A stretch of 63,186 bases of DNA, counting the filler, from Rhabdomonas costata (taxonomy: Eukaryota): assembly GCA_019059605.1 (NCBI GenBank). It is 50 parts of 50 records of this genome, joined end to end, with 100 filler letters (N's around TTAATTAATTAA, not from the genome) between each part and the next. Parts side by side here need not be neighbours in the genome. Positions count along the whole stretch, not along the records: positions 11,395 to 12,560 come from JAHMHO010025397.1; positions 12,661 to 13,826 come from JAHMHO010025398.1; positions 13,927 to 15,092 come from JAHMHO010025399.1; positions 15,193 to 16,358 come from JAHMHO010025400.1; positions 16,459 to 17,623 come from JAHMHO010025401.1; positions 17,724 to 18,890 come from JAHMHO010025402.1; positions 18,991 to 20,156 come from JAHMHO010025403.1; positions 20,257 to 21,422 come from JAHMHO010025404.1; 42 more parts are not named here. One strand, given 5' to 3'. The notes under the pieces are model-generated. The model did no database searches, was not told the origin of the DNA, and saw nothing but the letters and a program-made list of their open reading frames with translations. Numbering within the stretch: the stretch's first letter is position 1; each line of letters begins with the position of its first letter. Position numbers and translations under genes: made by a program. Below, piece by piece: positions 11,793-22,420 of the stretch.

Positions 11793-12781
11793 TGTTCTAG
11801 GGCCTCGGTTGGGGTACCCCTTGGCTGCTCTTTCTTCTCCCTTTTGCACCACTTCTTGACCCATGCAACACTAAAAACAGAAAACCCACCCACTTCGAAA
11901 GGGCCACACTGCACTGCATTCCGTTACCCCATGACAAGCATGCGTAAACGAGGAGCCGCCGTCGATTAGATTAGCCCATTACTAAAGGTTTCGATGCGTC
12001 CCCAAGTAATTTGTTTTTTGTTTCATCACCATTTTGTCCCAGCACGCGTTGGCCGAGAGGGTTAGGGAATGTTTTACATGGGGGCGTGATTGTGAGCTAG
12101 GCTTTTCCCAACATTTTGTTTCACAGCAACAAGAGCTCGACGTTTGGATGCACGGAAAGAACTGATTTACAGCGTCAAGAAACAAAGAAGAGGAGCAAGA
12201 GAAGAAGAGGAGCACCACCATGCAGGGGCGCCATATATGGGTCGAAAACAAAGGCAACACAACAAGAACTTTCTTTCGAGTCTCAAAGATTTGCTTTCGG
12301 TTGTACTTTAGGGCACCTTTGACGAGAAACTTTGTGAGAGAAAAAACAAATGAAGAGAAAAATGGCGGAGCTATTTCAAATTTGCTTTCTGCTGTTTTTG
12401 CCTGGCGTTTTCTGGTGTCTTTTCCTTTGCTTTCCCTTTTGGATGAATGCACGTTCCGGGCATCGAGTTGGTGGAAACGTGGTGCTGAGCAGAGTGAGCA
12501 AAGTTACATCTCAGGCATATCATGAGCGAGTGTAACTTTGCTCACTCTGCCCAACACACANNNNNNNNNNNNNNNNNNNNNNNNNNNNNNNNNNNNNNNN
12601 NNNNTTAATTAATTAANNNNNNNNNNNNNNNNNNNNNNNNNNNNNNNNNNNNNNNNNNNNGCAGAAACTTGTATTTTGTTTCGGTGTCGTGTCCTTTTCT
12701 TGCGCCTGCTTTGTTCTTTTTCATCTTTTCCTCTGTTGCCCGTCTCGGAATTAAAAAGGTATGTTATCACCATGTGTGGCG

Positions 12782-13615
12782 ATGTCCGCGGCCCTGGGCC
12801 GTGCGCTGGCCCCGGAGGAGGCGGATGCCCTCTCGGTGGCATCCACGCAGTGCGTGGCGAAGCTCAACAGGGACCTAATCCGCGGTTTGTTTTGTTTTGC
12901 TTGCGTGGATGCGGATGTGGCTGAATGAATAAAGCGAGGACGTGAGGTGGTTGCGGGATGCGGATTGCCCCCCCGATCCTGTCGGATCGATTTGTAGGAT
13001 TTGGAGCGTCAATGACGAAGTTAGGCGGTGAAGTGCGAAACGAAGAGACTGGCGCCTTTCTGTGCCCAGTCCTTTTCCTTCCTGTTTTGGCATGCCGAGC
13101 TATTGCGGCCTATCGAGCAGCATCGAACCATCTTAGAAGGTTTGGAGGAGACTGGGGGGTTGCCTCGGGTTTTTCGACAGCACAGCGCGCTCGAGCATGA
13201 GCCGGGGCTTGATACCCGCTTAGGTGGGTGTATGTAAACCTACACGGCATCACTTTGACACCGTGTTTTCTCAAAACCCTCGAACCATCCTATCCAACAC
13301 CCCCACCCACCCATCCTTTCTGCGCGAGAAAGAGTTCCTTTCTTCTGTCTTTGCGTGGCACCAAGCCAAGATCAATTTTGGGGCTGCGGTGTTGCTATTA
13401 TGTCAGGCGTCTCCTTAGAGAACACCCTGGCGGAGATTAGGGCGGCCCACAGGAACGCCCGCCAGCGCAGACTGATCGCGCAGGCCGCTCTGGACCCGCC
13501 CTCGGCAGCGCTGCTGAGGCTGCTGGGGCGCCCCGCGACCACGGAGGAGCTGGTGCTGCTCTCCGAGATCCCCCACAAGACGATGATGGAGAAGGTCAAC
13601 GCGCGGCTGCTCAAG
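12782..13615 (+). CDS. Unknown protein with a repeated LGRxxxxEE helical motif, exons ~12782-12884 and 13419-13615
   Basis: AALGRALAPEEADAL...DLIR|ENTLAEIR...LLGRPATTEELVLL; phase-consistent GT-AG junction, GC-rich codons. Confidence 0.55.
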
Positions 13616-14957
13616 GTGTGCGAATAGCTGCTCCCTTCCAGCGCTCCCAAAAGGTCCTCATCCCCCAGCTTGGCCCACATTGCTTCTCCCGAGCTTTGGA
13701 TGACAAACACTTGACCCGCCACCGGGGCCTGGCGGGTCCAACCCCGTACCTGAGGCATCAGGTCGGGGAATATGAAGGGGGTTATACCAGATCCATCCTG
13801 GGCCCAGGATGGATCTGGTACAACCCNNNNNNNNNNNNNNNNNNNNNNNNNNNNNNNNNNNNNNNNNNNNTTAATTAATTAANNNNNNNNNNNNNNNNNN
13901 NNNNNNNNNNNNNNNNNNNNNNNNNNTGTGGGGGGTGGGCTTTTAGGTTGCGTTCAGCCAGGTGCCTGCGCTCCGTTTCTATTGTAAGGGAAGTGCACCG
14001 TTGTGAAATCCTCCATTGGATGCGGTTAGAAGCGCATCAGAGCGTCGAATAAAAAGACGGCCTTCCAGCGTTTTGGAAGGCCTGCCGTTTGGAGCCAGAT
14101 GGCTTTGGGTTTGTCTCCGGTAATGTATTCTCAGCATTCGCTTGTCTTCCACTGAATCGGCGAACGGCGTTATTGTGACCGCAGTGCACTGTCATGTTCG
14201 TCTCTTTGCCCCAGCTCCCAAGAAATATTTGTTTCGCTTTGGCTTCCGTTTGTAAGTTTGTGCTCGAGCTTAATCTATCCTCTGGCTGACACTTTTGAAA
14301 AGAGGAGTTTGAAGATTGATCTGATTGCAGGTGTAGGTATATGTCAATAGCATCCAAACCTTGGGCGTTTTTTGCTAGTGGATGAATGTGAATTGGTGCG
14401 TACTCCTCCCACCTCCACCTACTCTCCCGAAGGGATTGACCTCTCGAGACCCATCCACACGCTAAGACTGCTGCAGTGCCTGCTGGAGACCGCGTTGCCT
14501 TTTCTGTGCGGCTCGACATACACCGCCGGAGGAATCCTCACTTCCGCATACCTCCCTCTGAAGGAGCTGGTGCGCCCTTTCCCTAGTTCTCGTCAACCCC
14601 ATCTCCGTCCCATCTGCGAAAAAAAACGTTTTTCTGGTGGTGAATCTGTTGGTGATTGATGAAAGGAGAAGCTTCACGATTTCTGTCCCTTTGTAACTTA
14701 TTAAGGCTGGAAGTAAACGAGTAGATCAAATCCCGTTGTTTTCTCTCTTATGTAAATAAGGGCCTTCTTTTTAATTGCTCCACTGGAGCCAGCTTTTCCT
14801 TGCAGGTAAATGGAACCCTGCGGACCACCACATGAAAACATCAGGAATCAGGTCACCACGCAATATACTTCTCACTTCTACTAAGCGGAACAAGACAAAA
14901 AAGGCAGAGCCGCAAAGGGCCCCGGGTGGGTACCGGCCAGAGGGTGTAAGGACCGGC

Positions 14958-15023
14958 CACGCAGCATTTCGGGAGGCCCACTGTACATAGAAAAGACCCC
15001 GGGCCTGCTTCGGCTTTGCCCTC
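14958..15023 (-). repeat. Dispersed repeat copy B
   Basis: Reverse complement aligns with 11726-11792. Confidence 0.75.
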
Positions 15024-15896
15024 GGTAAACAGCTTTAACCTTTTCCTTGAACTTTCCTGTTGAAATCATAAGAGCAGGCAGAAAAGCGTTTTNNNNNNNN
15101 NNNNNNNNNNNNNNNNNNNNNNNNNNNNNNNNNNNNTTAATTAATTAANNNNNNNNNNNNNNNNNNNNNNNNNNNNNNNNNNNNNNNNNNNNGGGGTGGG
15201 TTGTGGTGTGGTGGAAGCACCTCTAATTTCATGAGGAGAGTGTACTAAAGTCCGTCACAGCGCAAACTGGATCCGTATGGAGAGGTAGACAGCGTTGGGC
15301 TTCTGAGGAGGTTGGCGTTGGTGTGGACAAGCCCCTTTCACTCATCCAGTGAGGAATGCTAATTGCCCGCCCAAAGCAGGGGAAAGCATGCCACTACATC
15401 TCCACGATGCAAATAAATGGAACGGCTTATCGGTGGTTCCACCCTCCAACCAGCCCCACCCCACACCCATCAAACTCAGTAACGACGAAGGGAAGCCACA
15501 TTCAATGAAGGCATGGCCCGCTTCAGAATAAAAAGTGAGAGTTTTACAAATCCAACTATAAACACATGGGAAGCGTCAATGCAACGAAGTGGGCAGCGTA
15601 AAAAGGGATGATCCCAGTTCTTTTTTAGTGTTTAATTTTTCAACCCTTTTTCCGCTATCCGAAATGCTCTCAGTTAATGGACAGTTCTCACTCTGAAGTG
15701 AAGCGGACAATATGATGTCTGCATAGAGTATGCGGCACCGTAGGCGTAAAATTTTCAGGTTGTGTTTGTACCATTTGTTTGATTGCGCGATCGCTTGAGC
15801 ATTCACCCACAACATCAGCGCAATAAGGAAGAACGCCTCTCTCCGCTCCTCGCAAAATAAAAAGACGCGAGGAGGGGAGGAAAGCCAGGCCCGTAC

Positions 15897-16350
15897 CCCT
15901 CGATCATGACCTTGGAAGGTCACCACGGAAGCCCCGGTGAGGGCGTCCCACAACACTGCCGTGGCGTCACGGCCCCCGCTGAGGAGGTGTCTACCGTCTG
16001 GGTTGAAGCGGACGCAAAGCGCGGCATCGCTGTGAAGGCAGAGCGTCTGCAGCACCTCCCCAGTGGAGGGCTCCCACACTCGTACTATGGTGTCATGGCA
16101 GGCCGACGCCAGGCGGCTCCCTACCAAGAAAATTGCATGTTTGGCTCTTTCAGCTGAAGCTACAGGAAAAAGCAGAGAAGAGGCGCCCCAATATATTGCC
16201 CGTGCCACCATAAAATGAGAGGGCCTGAGGGAGAGAAGGCGCAGCTATGCACAGCCCCTTCGTGGCGGAATGTCCTGGGCTGGGGCCGCTGCCTGAGCTC
16301 CTCAGCAGCCAGGCTGGTCAGCCAAGGAGCCCCACACAGGCCCACCCTCC
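15897..16350 (-). CDS. WD40-repeat protein fragment; GC-AG intron 16224-16121
   Basis: HEGAVHSCAFSPSG|SRLASACHDTIVRVWE...HSDAALCVRFNPDGRHLLSGGRDATAVLWD...FQGHDRG. Confidence 0.92.
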
Positions 16351-18166
16351 ACACCACCNNNNNNNNNNNNNNNNNNNNNNNNNNNNNNNNNNNNNNNNNN
16401 NNTTAATTAATTAANNNNNNNNNNNNNNNNNNNNNNNNNNNNNNNNNNNNNNNNNNNNAACCAAAGCAGGAAGGATGAAAGAGCTCCACGTGAGGGCGAA
16501 AATCAACCCGAGGGCTGCAGGGGAAAACCGAAAGCAGAAGGCAGAAAGGCGAGAGCCGGGAGGGGTTGAAAGAGGCATGTGGAGAGGTGGGGTGAGGAAG
16601 GGCGCAGCTCCACGGGAAACAGTCCAACAATCCTTCAACGATCACAACTTTGGTTTTGCACACTTTTCAAGGGAATTGAATCGTTCCCGGTTGACATCAA
16701 AAAACACAATGGTGAACGACACGCTGGTGCAGATGCGCTCGTGGAGGACTGTGAATGTCACTGAAAATGCAGTTCCGACGGCGCACATGGCCTGCCAACA
16801 GCAGATCAACTTCACCTCGGCAGCAGCTAAGGGGAGGAAAGGGGTGGGCGAGGTGTGCGATTGGGAGGGTAAGGTTTGGCGCATTATTTCCGGGCGCCCC
16901 GTATATTGTGAAAACCTAGAGGGTTCAGACTATTTCCGGAAATCACGAAAAACAATTGGAGGATCAGCATCAAAAAAATGGGGGGGGGGGCAAAAACATA
17001 AAAAAACGAAAAGAAAAACCCCATTTGGTGTGCACAATTCCGCTCGACTTCGCTGCAAAGCTCGGTTCTCTGCTCAACACACACTGCAGGCAAGCGGGGG
17101 CACCGTTTGCGAAAGCAGCCCAGTCACAGAGCTAAAGACGGGACAGGATCAAGCGTAACAACGCATCGTTGCAGCGGTGAGGAATGTGGAATGTGGAATG
17201 TGACGGGCAGACAAGAGCTGCCTGTGAACACAACACAAAAAAATAGATGCACGACGGGGGAACTCCGGGGCAGCCTATACAAAGTGGACAGACTGAGAGC
17301 GTTTGCCCACCAGCACAATTCAAGAACACATGCGCATCTGAATGCTCTCAGGCAGCTCAAGCATGGATTCGGCCCATTTGCGCAATGTAAGCGTGGATGG
17401 GCCGGCGATGTCTTTGTTCGATCTTAACGACACACGATCCAGCTCCAGCTTCTGTCCCGATGTAAACAGCGGCACCGTGTCAACATAAATGAGGAGGAAG
17501 GGAATTGATAAAACTTGTACCGCATTGTGCACGCGCATGCACAACACGGGCAGAAAAAGGAGGGCTGCCTGAGGCGAGACCGAGGTTTGAAGGTAGAGGA
17601 AGAGTTACAGGAACAAACCAAAANNNNNNNNNNNNNNNNNNNNNNNNNNNNNNNNNNNNNNNNNNNNTTAATTAATTAANNNNNNNNNNNNNNNNNNNNN
17701 NNNNNNNNNNNNNNNNNNNNNNNGGTTGTGTGTGTGTGTGTGTGTGTGTGTGTTGGGCTCATTGCGCGCTGTCTGTGTGTGCGAGCGTGCGTGCGGGTAT
17801 GTGTTGGGAGCATTGCGCGCTGGCTTTTGCCTTGTTCACTGGTTAGTAGTCTAGTAAGTTGTGAGCACCGTCCCCTTTTTACTCGGCCTTCAGCCTCGTA
17901 AAAGGGGACGTTCCCCACAACTTACCAAGCAATTTAACCCGCCACGGCGCTCCGCTGGGATGGGTAATTTTAGGGTGATAATAAGAAACATAGATTAAAC
18001 GGTCTGCAACCTCGAAAAAAACGGCACGCTGAACCCGAAAATACGTCAATTTAACCCGCCACCGCGCCCCGCTGGGAGGGTATATTTTGGATACGCTGGT
18101 TGACGGTATTTTATACTACTGTAGAAAAACATATAAAGACAAAACTATTACTGTATAATATAAAAC

Positions 18167-18662
18167 ATGGATTCCAGAATCTGTTCAAGTTGCCACACCG
18201 AGAAAGGCGCAGCACGTCATATACTAAGAATTCAAGTGTCTGCAATCAGTGCAGGATGGAGTTAGCACGAGCTAAGAGAGACGGAATGGCCAATCTCACT
18301 TTTCAAACACGTTCACCTGAACTTGAAGCTCTAACAAAGAGATCTAACGAACTGTCAGCTGAGTTAAGAAGACAAGTTGCATTAAAACTTGATGCAAGCA
18401 AAGAACTAGAAGAGTACAAAGAAGCAGAACGCCAAAGATATCGTCAGTACTACAAATAGAACAGGAAAAGTGAAATTAAACGAGTAGCTGAATATCATAA
18501 ATATAAAAGAAGGGGTTAACCAAGCCTGTTGAAATGATTGATTGCACGTGTCACCAAACTTTCCCTATGATTTCGCTTGATTCACATTTACATAGCAAAT
18601 CGCACAGCACGCGTGATCAATCTAATTTATCTATTGAAGACATTTACATAATGTTAAAGTAA
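18167..18662 (+). pseudogene. Virus-type zinc-ribbon/coiled-coil protein, frameshifted
   Basis: MDSRICSSCHTEK /fs/ SYTKNSSVCNQCR...coiled coil...YYK* NRKSEIKR... /fs/ EMIDCTCHQTFPMISLDSHLHSKSH: a CxxC pair plus CxC..H..S..H motif of the kind common in NCLDV/PLV genes; stops and frameshifts. Confidence 0.6.
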
Positions 18663-18664
18663 TC

Positions 18665-18692
18665 TTAAATTGGAGAAATTTCCCCAATTTAA
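18665..18692 (+). terminator. AT-rich hairpin immediately 3' of the stop codon
   Basis: ttaaattgg-agaaatttcc-ccaatttaa. Confidence 0.45.
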
Positions 18693-18699
18693 ACACAGT

Positions 18700-18880
18700 A
18701 TTTTTCATAAAAATTTTCATAAAAATTTTCCATAAAAAATTTCATCCAAAAAATTTCATTCAAAAAATTTTTCATAAAAAATTTTGAAAATATTTGATTC
18801 AAAAAATTTCAATCAAAAAATTTTATACAAAAAATTCACAAAAAATGTTTTTATAAAAAAAATTTTGAAACAAAATTTCA
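18700..18880 (+). repeat. Degenerate A/T-tract tandem repeat (~12-14 nt, AAAAATTTTCAT-like)
   Basis: More than 10 imperfect copies visible. Confidence 0.85.
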
Positions 18881-18991
18881 CAACACAACCNNNNNNNNNN
18901 NNNNNNNNNNNNNNNNNNNNNNNNNNNNNNNNNNTTAATTAATTAANNNNNNNNNNNNNNNNNNNNNNNNNNNNNNNNNNNNNNNNNNNNA

Positions 18992-19867
18992 CATCTTTAT
19001 AGAACATGTCGAGATCCGATTACAAGTTTTGGTATTATTGCTGTTAAATTTGCATGTGATTGCTTATATCAAAACTTAATAAATAACAGTAAAGAGAATA
19101 CAAATTTTTTATTTACAAAAATAGAATGTAAAACGGATTTAGATTTTCAAAAATTCTCATTGTACAAAGATTGTATTAGATTTTTAATGATACAACGTAA
19201 ATTTTCATTAGGGTTTGTTGAATTTATTCGTGGAAAATACAAAATTGAAAATTACAACGGGATTACATTTTTATTTAAACAAATGTCTCCTTCAGAAATA
19301 GAATTAATTAGAGCCAAATCATTTGAAGAATTATGGTTTATGTTTTGGGGAAATAATAAAGAAGTGATTAATAATATAAATCATATAAATGAGTATAAAA
19401 TGGCACATGAAAAGTATACACAACCATTAACATATACACATAGAAATTTAGAATATTATATTGATCATATAAAGCCACAATATAAAGATATAGAATGGGG
19501 ATTTCCAAAAGGAAGAAGGAAACGATACGAAAAAAACATGACATGTGCATGTAGAGAATTTGAAGAAGAAACAGGATTAACAAAAAATGAATATAGATTA
19601 CTAGATAATATTGAACCAATTGAAGAAATATTTTATGGAACAAATGGTGTTAAATATAAACATATATATTACATAGCAGTAATAACAACGAGTCGAGATA
19701 TTAAAGAATCAGAATTTAATAGATTTCAACAAGAAGAGATCGGTAATATTGATTATATGACATATGATGAAGCAATGAGTATAATACGACCATATCATAT
19801 AGAAAGAAAACTTGTATTAACACATATTTATACAAATGTAATGAATATTCTAATATCAACAACTTAA
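18992..19867 (+). CDS. Mimiviridae-type Nudix hydrolase (putative mRNA decapping enzyme, L375-like), 5'-truncated
   Basis: Frame open from contig start: HLYRTCRDPITSFGII (end of Zn knuckle), LMIQRKFSLGFVEFIRGKY, Nudix box EWGFPKGRR..E....CACREFEEETGL, EEIFYGTNGVKYKHIYY, QQEEIG..IRPYH; very AT-rich, intronless. Confidence 0.93.
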   Translation, partial: HLYRTCRDPITSFGIIAVKFACDCLYQNLINNSKENTNFLFTKIECKTDLDFQKFSLYKDCIRFLMIQRKFSLGFVEFIRGKYKIENYNGITFLFKQMSPSEIELIRAKSFEELWFMFWGNNKEVINNINHINEYKMAHEKYTQPLTYTHRNLEYYIDHIKPQYKDIEWGFPKGRRKRYEKNMTCACREFEEETGLTKNEYRLLDNIEPIEEIFYGTNGVKYKHIYYIAVITTSRDIKESEFNRFQQEEIGNIDYMTYDEAMSIIRPYHIERKLVLTHIYTNVMNILISTT

Positions 19868-19881
19868 AATTTAAAAAATCG

Positions 19882-19914
19882 TTATTTATATTCTTTTATA
19901 AAAAATATAAATAA
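19882..19914 (+). terminator. Palindromic hairpin 14 nt after the Nudix stop (Mimivirus-type polyadenylation hairpin candidate)
   Basis: ttatttatatt(c)ttt-tata-aaaaatataaataa: 14-bp stem with one bulge. Confidence 0.6.
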
Positions 19915-20041
19915 AAAATTATTATAGTTACATAGTGACTAACATAATTAGTTACATAGTGACAACATATTCAATGACATTAAATCGCAGCATATCATGC
20001 GCACATAATGGTTTTTATTTCATTACATTTTTAATAAAAAT

Positions 20042-20153
20042 ATGTTTACATATTTTTTATGAAATCAATAAAATATTTTTGTAAAAAAAATTATTGATGT
20101 ACATGTTTACATATTTTTTTTTATAAAACAATAAAATATTTTTGTAAAAAAAA
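20042..20153 (+). repeat. ~50-bp AT-rich direct repeat x2 (plus tagttacatagtgac x2 at ~19925-19962)
   Basis: atgtttacatatttttt..aataaaatatttttgtaaaaaaaa occurs at 20042 and 20103. Confidence 0.8.
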
Positions 20154-21126
20154 ACANNNNNNNNNNNNNNNNNNNNNNNNNNNNNNNNNNNNNNNNNNNN
20201 TTAATTAATTAANNNNNNNNNNNNNNNNNNNNNNNNNNNNNNNNNNNNNNNNNNNNGGGTGGTGGGCTCAGTTGGTTCTCAGGCTTTTCAATCGGCAAGG
20301 CGGGGAAGTAAAACTCGACTCTTGATAAAGTTGTGTGTGTCTTGAAAGGAGAAGTTGCTTGGGTCTCCCTTTTGGGCCCAGAGCTTTTGTGCGTATTGCC
20401 TTGTGCACGACCTTTGTTGCAGCTTTCGCGAAGAATATACGAGAACGACGCCTTTCCCTGCAGCTGCCGTTCGCATCATATGCTTCTAACGTTTCTCGCC
20501 TCTTTTTTGCTTGAGGGGAATGGGGGGTACTCACCGTAGCGACCGCCGGTTCCCAAGAAGAAGCCTCGGCACTCCAGAAGCCGTTCCAAGGCTGTTCGGG
20601 TTGCCCTGGCCTCGCTGCCGTGCCTCCATACGGTGTACAAGAGCGACTTCATTACCCCCGAAACCAAGTATGAAACTGCACGGACTTTTTGAAGTGTTAC
20701 AGTAAATCAGTGGAACCTTTTGTCATGCTTTTGACATCCACTTTGTTGTCAACACGCGGTCGGCCATTGCACACCACGAAAGGTTGATTGATATGACGAA
20801 TGGTAAATCAGCGGTTTTCTCTTTCCTAGCGTCCCCACCGTTTGCGCGAATTGGTTCTGATCCCCCAGCATCTCCGAGCATCTCCGAGGCTGTACATATT
20901 CAGCAGATGCACCATGGCTGCACAGCGCTCGTACGTGAGATAAGATTGATTAGTGTGTATCCATTTTTTGGTGAAGTTTTTTTAATGATGCCAGAATGCT
21001 CAGCCGTGACGCTTTGCTCTCCTTCCGCGCTTTTTGGCTCTGGTCCTGGGAGCAACTCCAGCAACTCGAAGATCGTTGTCGTTGCACTATTATGGGTAAA
21101 ACCACTGAAAAATAGCAAATTTATTT

Positions 21127-21358
21127 GGCATTACTTTAGAATTGTACCCACTGCCAGGAACCCTAACCCTAACCCTAACCGTATCCCTAACCCTAACGCT
21201 AACCCTAACCCTAACCCCCCAAGGTAACGTCAAAGAAGCCAACAAACACATAATCTTGTGTTTTTCCTTCCATTTTCTTCGCTTCTTGTCATCTCCAACA
21301 ATTTCCAAAAGATCCAAAAAACAACCTGAAGACAGAGGTACAATTCTAAAGTAACGCC
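21127..21358. mobile_element. MITE with 22-bp TIRs, 8-bp TSD and an internal telomeric (CCCTAA)n tract
   Basis: TIR GGCATTACTTTAGAATTGTACC (21127-21148) vs GGTACAATTCTAAAGTAACGCC (21337-21358), 1 mismatch; ATTTATTT duplicated at 21119-21126 and 21359-21366. Confidence 0.9.
21159..21217 (+). repeat. Interstitial telomeric repeat (CCCTAA)n, ~9 units with variants
   Basis: aaccctaaccctaaccctaaccgtatccctaaccctaacgctaaccctaaccctaaccc. Confidence 0.93.
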
Positions 21359-21522
21359 ATTTATTTATATACCCTCCTCCAACCCTCTTTGCATGTCCTA
21401 CAAATCCAACACACAACACACCNNNNNNNNNNNNNNNNNNNNNNNNNNNNNNNNNNNNNNNNNNNNTTAATTAATTAANNNNNNNNNNNNNNNNNNNNNN
21501 NNNNNNNNNNNNNNNNNNNNNN

Positions 21523-22420
21523 TCGTGGTGGCGACGGTATAGATCCTGGCGAGGCGGGGCAGAAGAAAATGCTCTCATGCTTCTCTGCAGAAACCCCATT
21601 CAGTTTGAGTTTCATGTGCTGCACCATTAACTCAGTACATGCCCTCCCAGCCATCCAGAAGGCCACAAACCCAAAGGTGCAAAAGGTGCAGGGATTGAAA
21701 ATACATCATTATTCCCTTCTTCTCTTCTTCTTTCTTCCTTTTTTATATACAAATTCAACATCATTGGGCATGCCCGCACAAACGGGGGTGCCAACCCGCG
21801 GTGATTCAGCACACAGACACAGGGCAAACAGCGGCGCAAATGTAGTAGTCAGAAGACGAAAGGCTCGGGGCAAGCGACGATCAGGCCGACCCTGACTGAC
21901 CCTACTCTGAAGGCAGCAGGACAGCCTTCCCTTCTTCCGTCTCAGCCCAAGCACATCGAACCTTTCCACCAAACGAAGGGTATACGAAGGCGGCAGTGGT
22001 AGTAGTTTGAGGGGTGCTCAAATGGAATGCACTTGGCGAAAAGAATTTTTGTATGGCTCAACTGCCGTGTTTCCAGAGGGACAGAGATTGAGTGTATGGG
22101 TGGGGGAGCGGGCAGGCATCGGTAAAAATACGAACAGTATAATTGAATGTGCGGTGATTTCTTCATTTCCGAATAAGCGGAATGGTTCCCAAATGCAAGG
22201 TCAGCACGCCGGGGGAGGAGGGGGCCCTCGCCATGCTATGTAGATAATTCTTTACGGCACACTTTCCGCGCTTGAGGGGTCCCCAGGTTGCCGTAGTCTT
22301 GTCGAAGATCTCAATGGCGGTGATGCGTTTGGTCGCGTTGAGCGCCGGGTTGTACTCCAATCGGATGTTGTACAGCTGCGCAAACGGCCCGGTGTTGCGG
22401 GCGTACGCAATGGTCGGAGC
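21523..22420 (-). CDS. 5'-nucleotidase C-terminal domain fragment, exons 22420-22263 and 21545-21523
   Basis: TGPFAQLYNIRLEYNPALNATKRITAIEIFDKTTATWGPLKRGK|IYTVATT matches GxFxQ..LRxxYD...RI...WxPL..KxYxVAT; phase-consistent. Confidence 0.78.

Larger units (their letters stand above)
17845..18890 (+). mobile_element. Probable left end of a Polinton/Maverick-like element inserted in host DNA
   Basis: AGTAGT at 17845 just after host (TG)n-rich DNA; 25-bp imperfect hairpin (17855-17879/17900-17924); 31-bp direct repeats (17930-17960, 18047-18077); then a switch to AT-rich intronless gene-like DNA. Confidence 0.55.

Noticed and set aside
18890-18991. Physical linkage between the zinc-finger/Polinton-end contig and the adjacent Nudix contig
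   Set aside because: Separated by the artificial spacer; adjacency reflects contig ordering, not genome position
19241-19248. AAAATTGA Mimivirus early-promoter motif
   Set aside because: Lies inside the Nudix coding sequence; chance occurrence in AT-rich DNA
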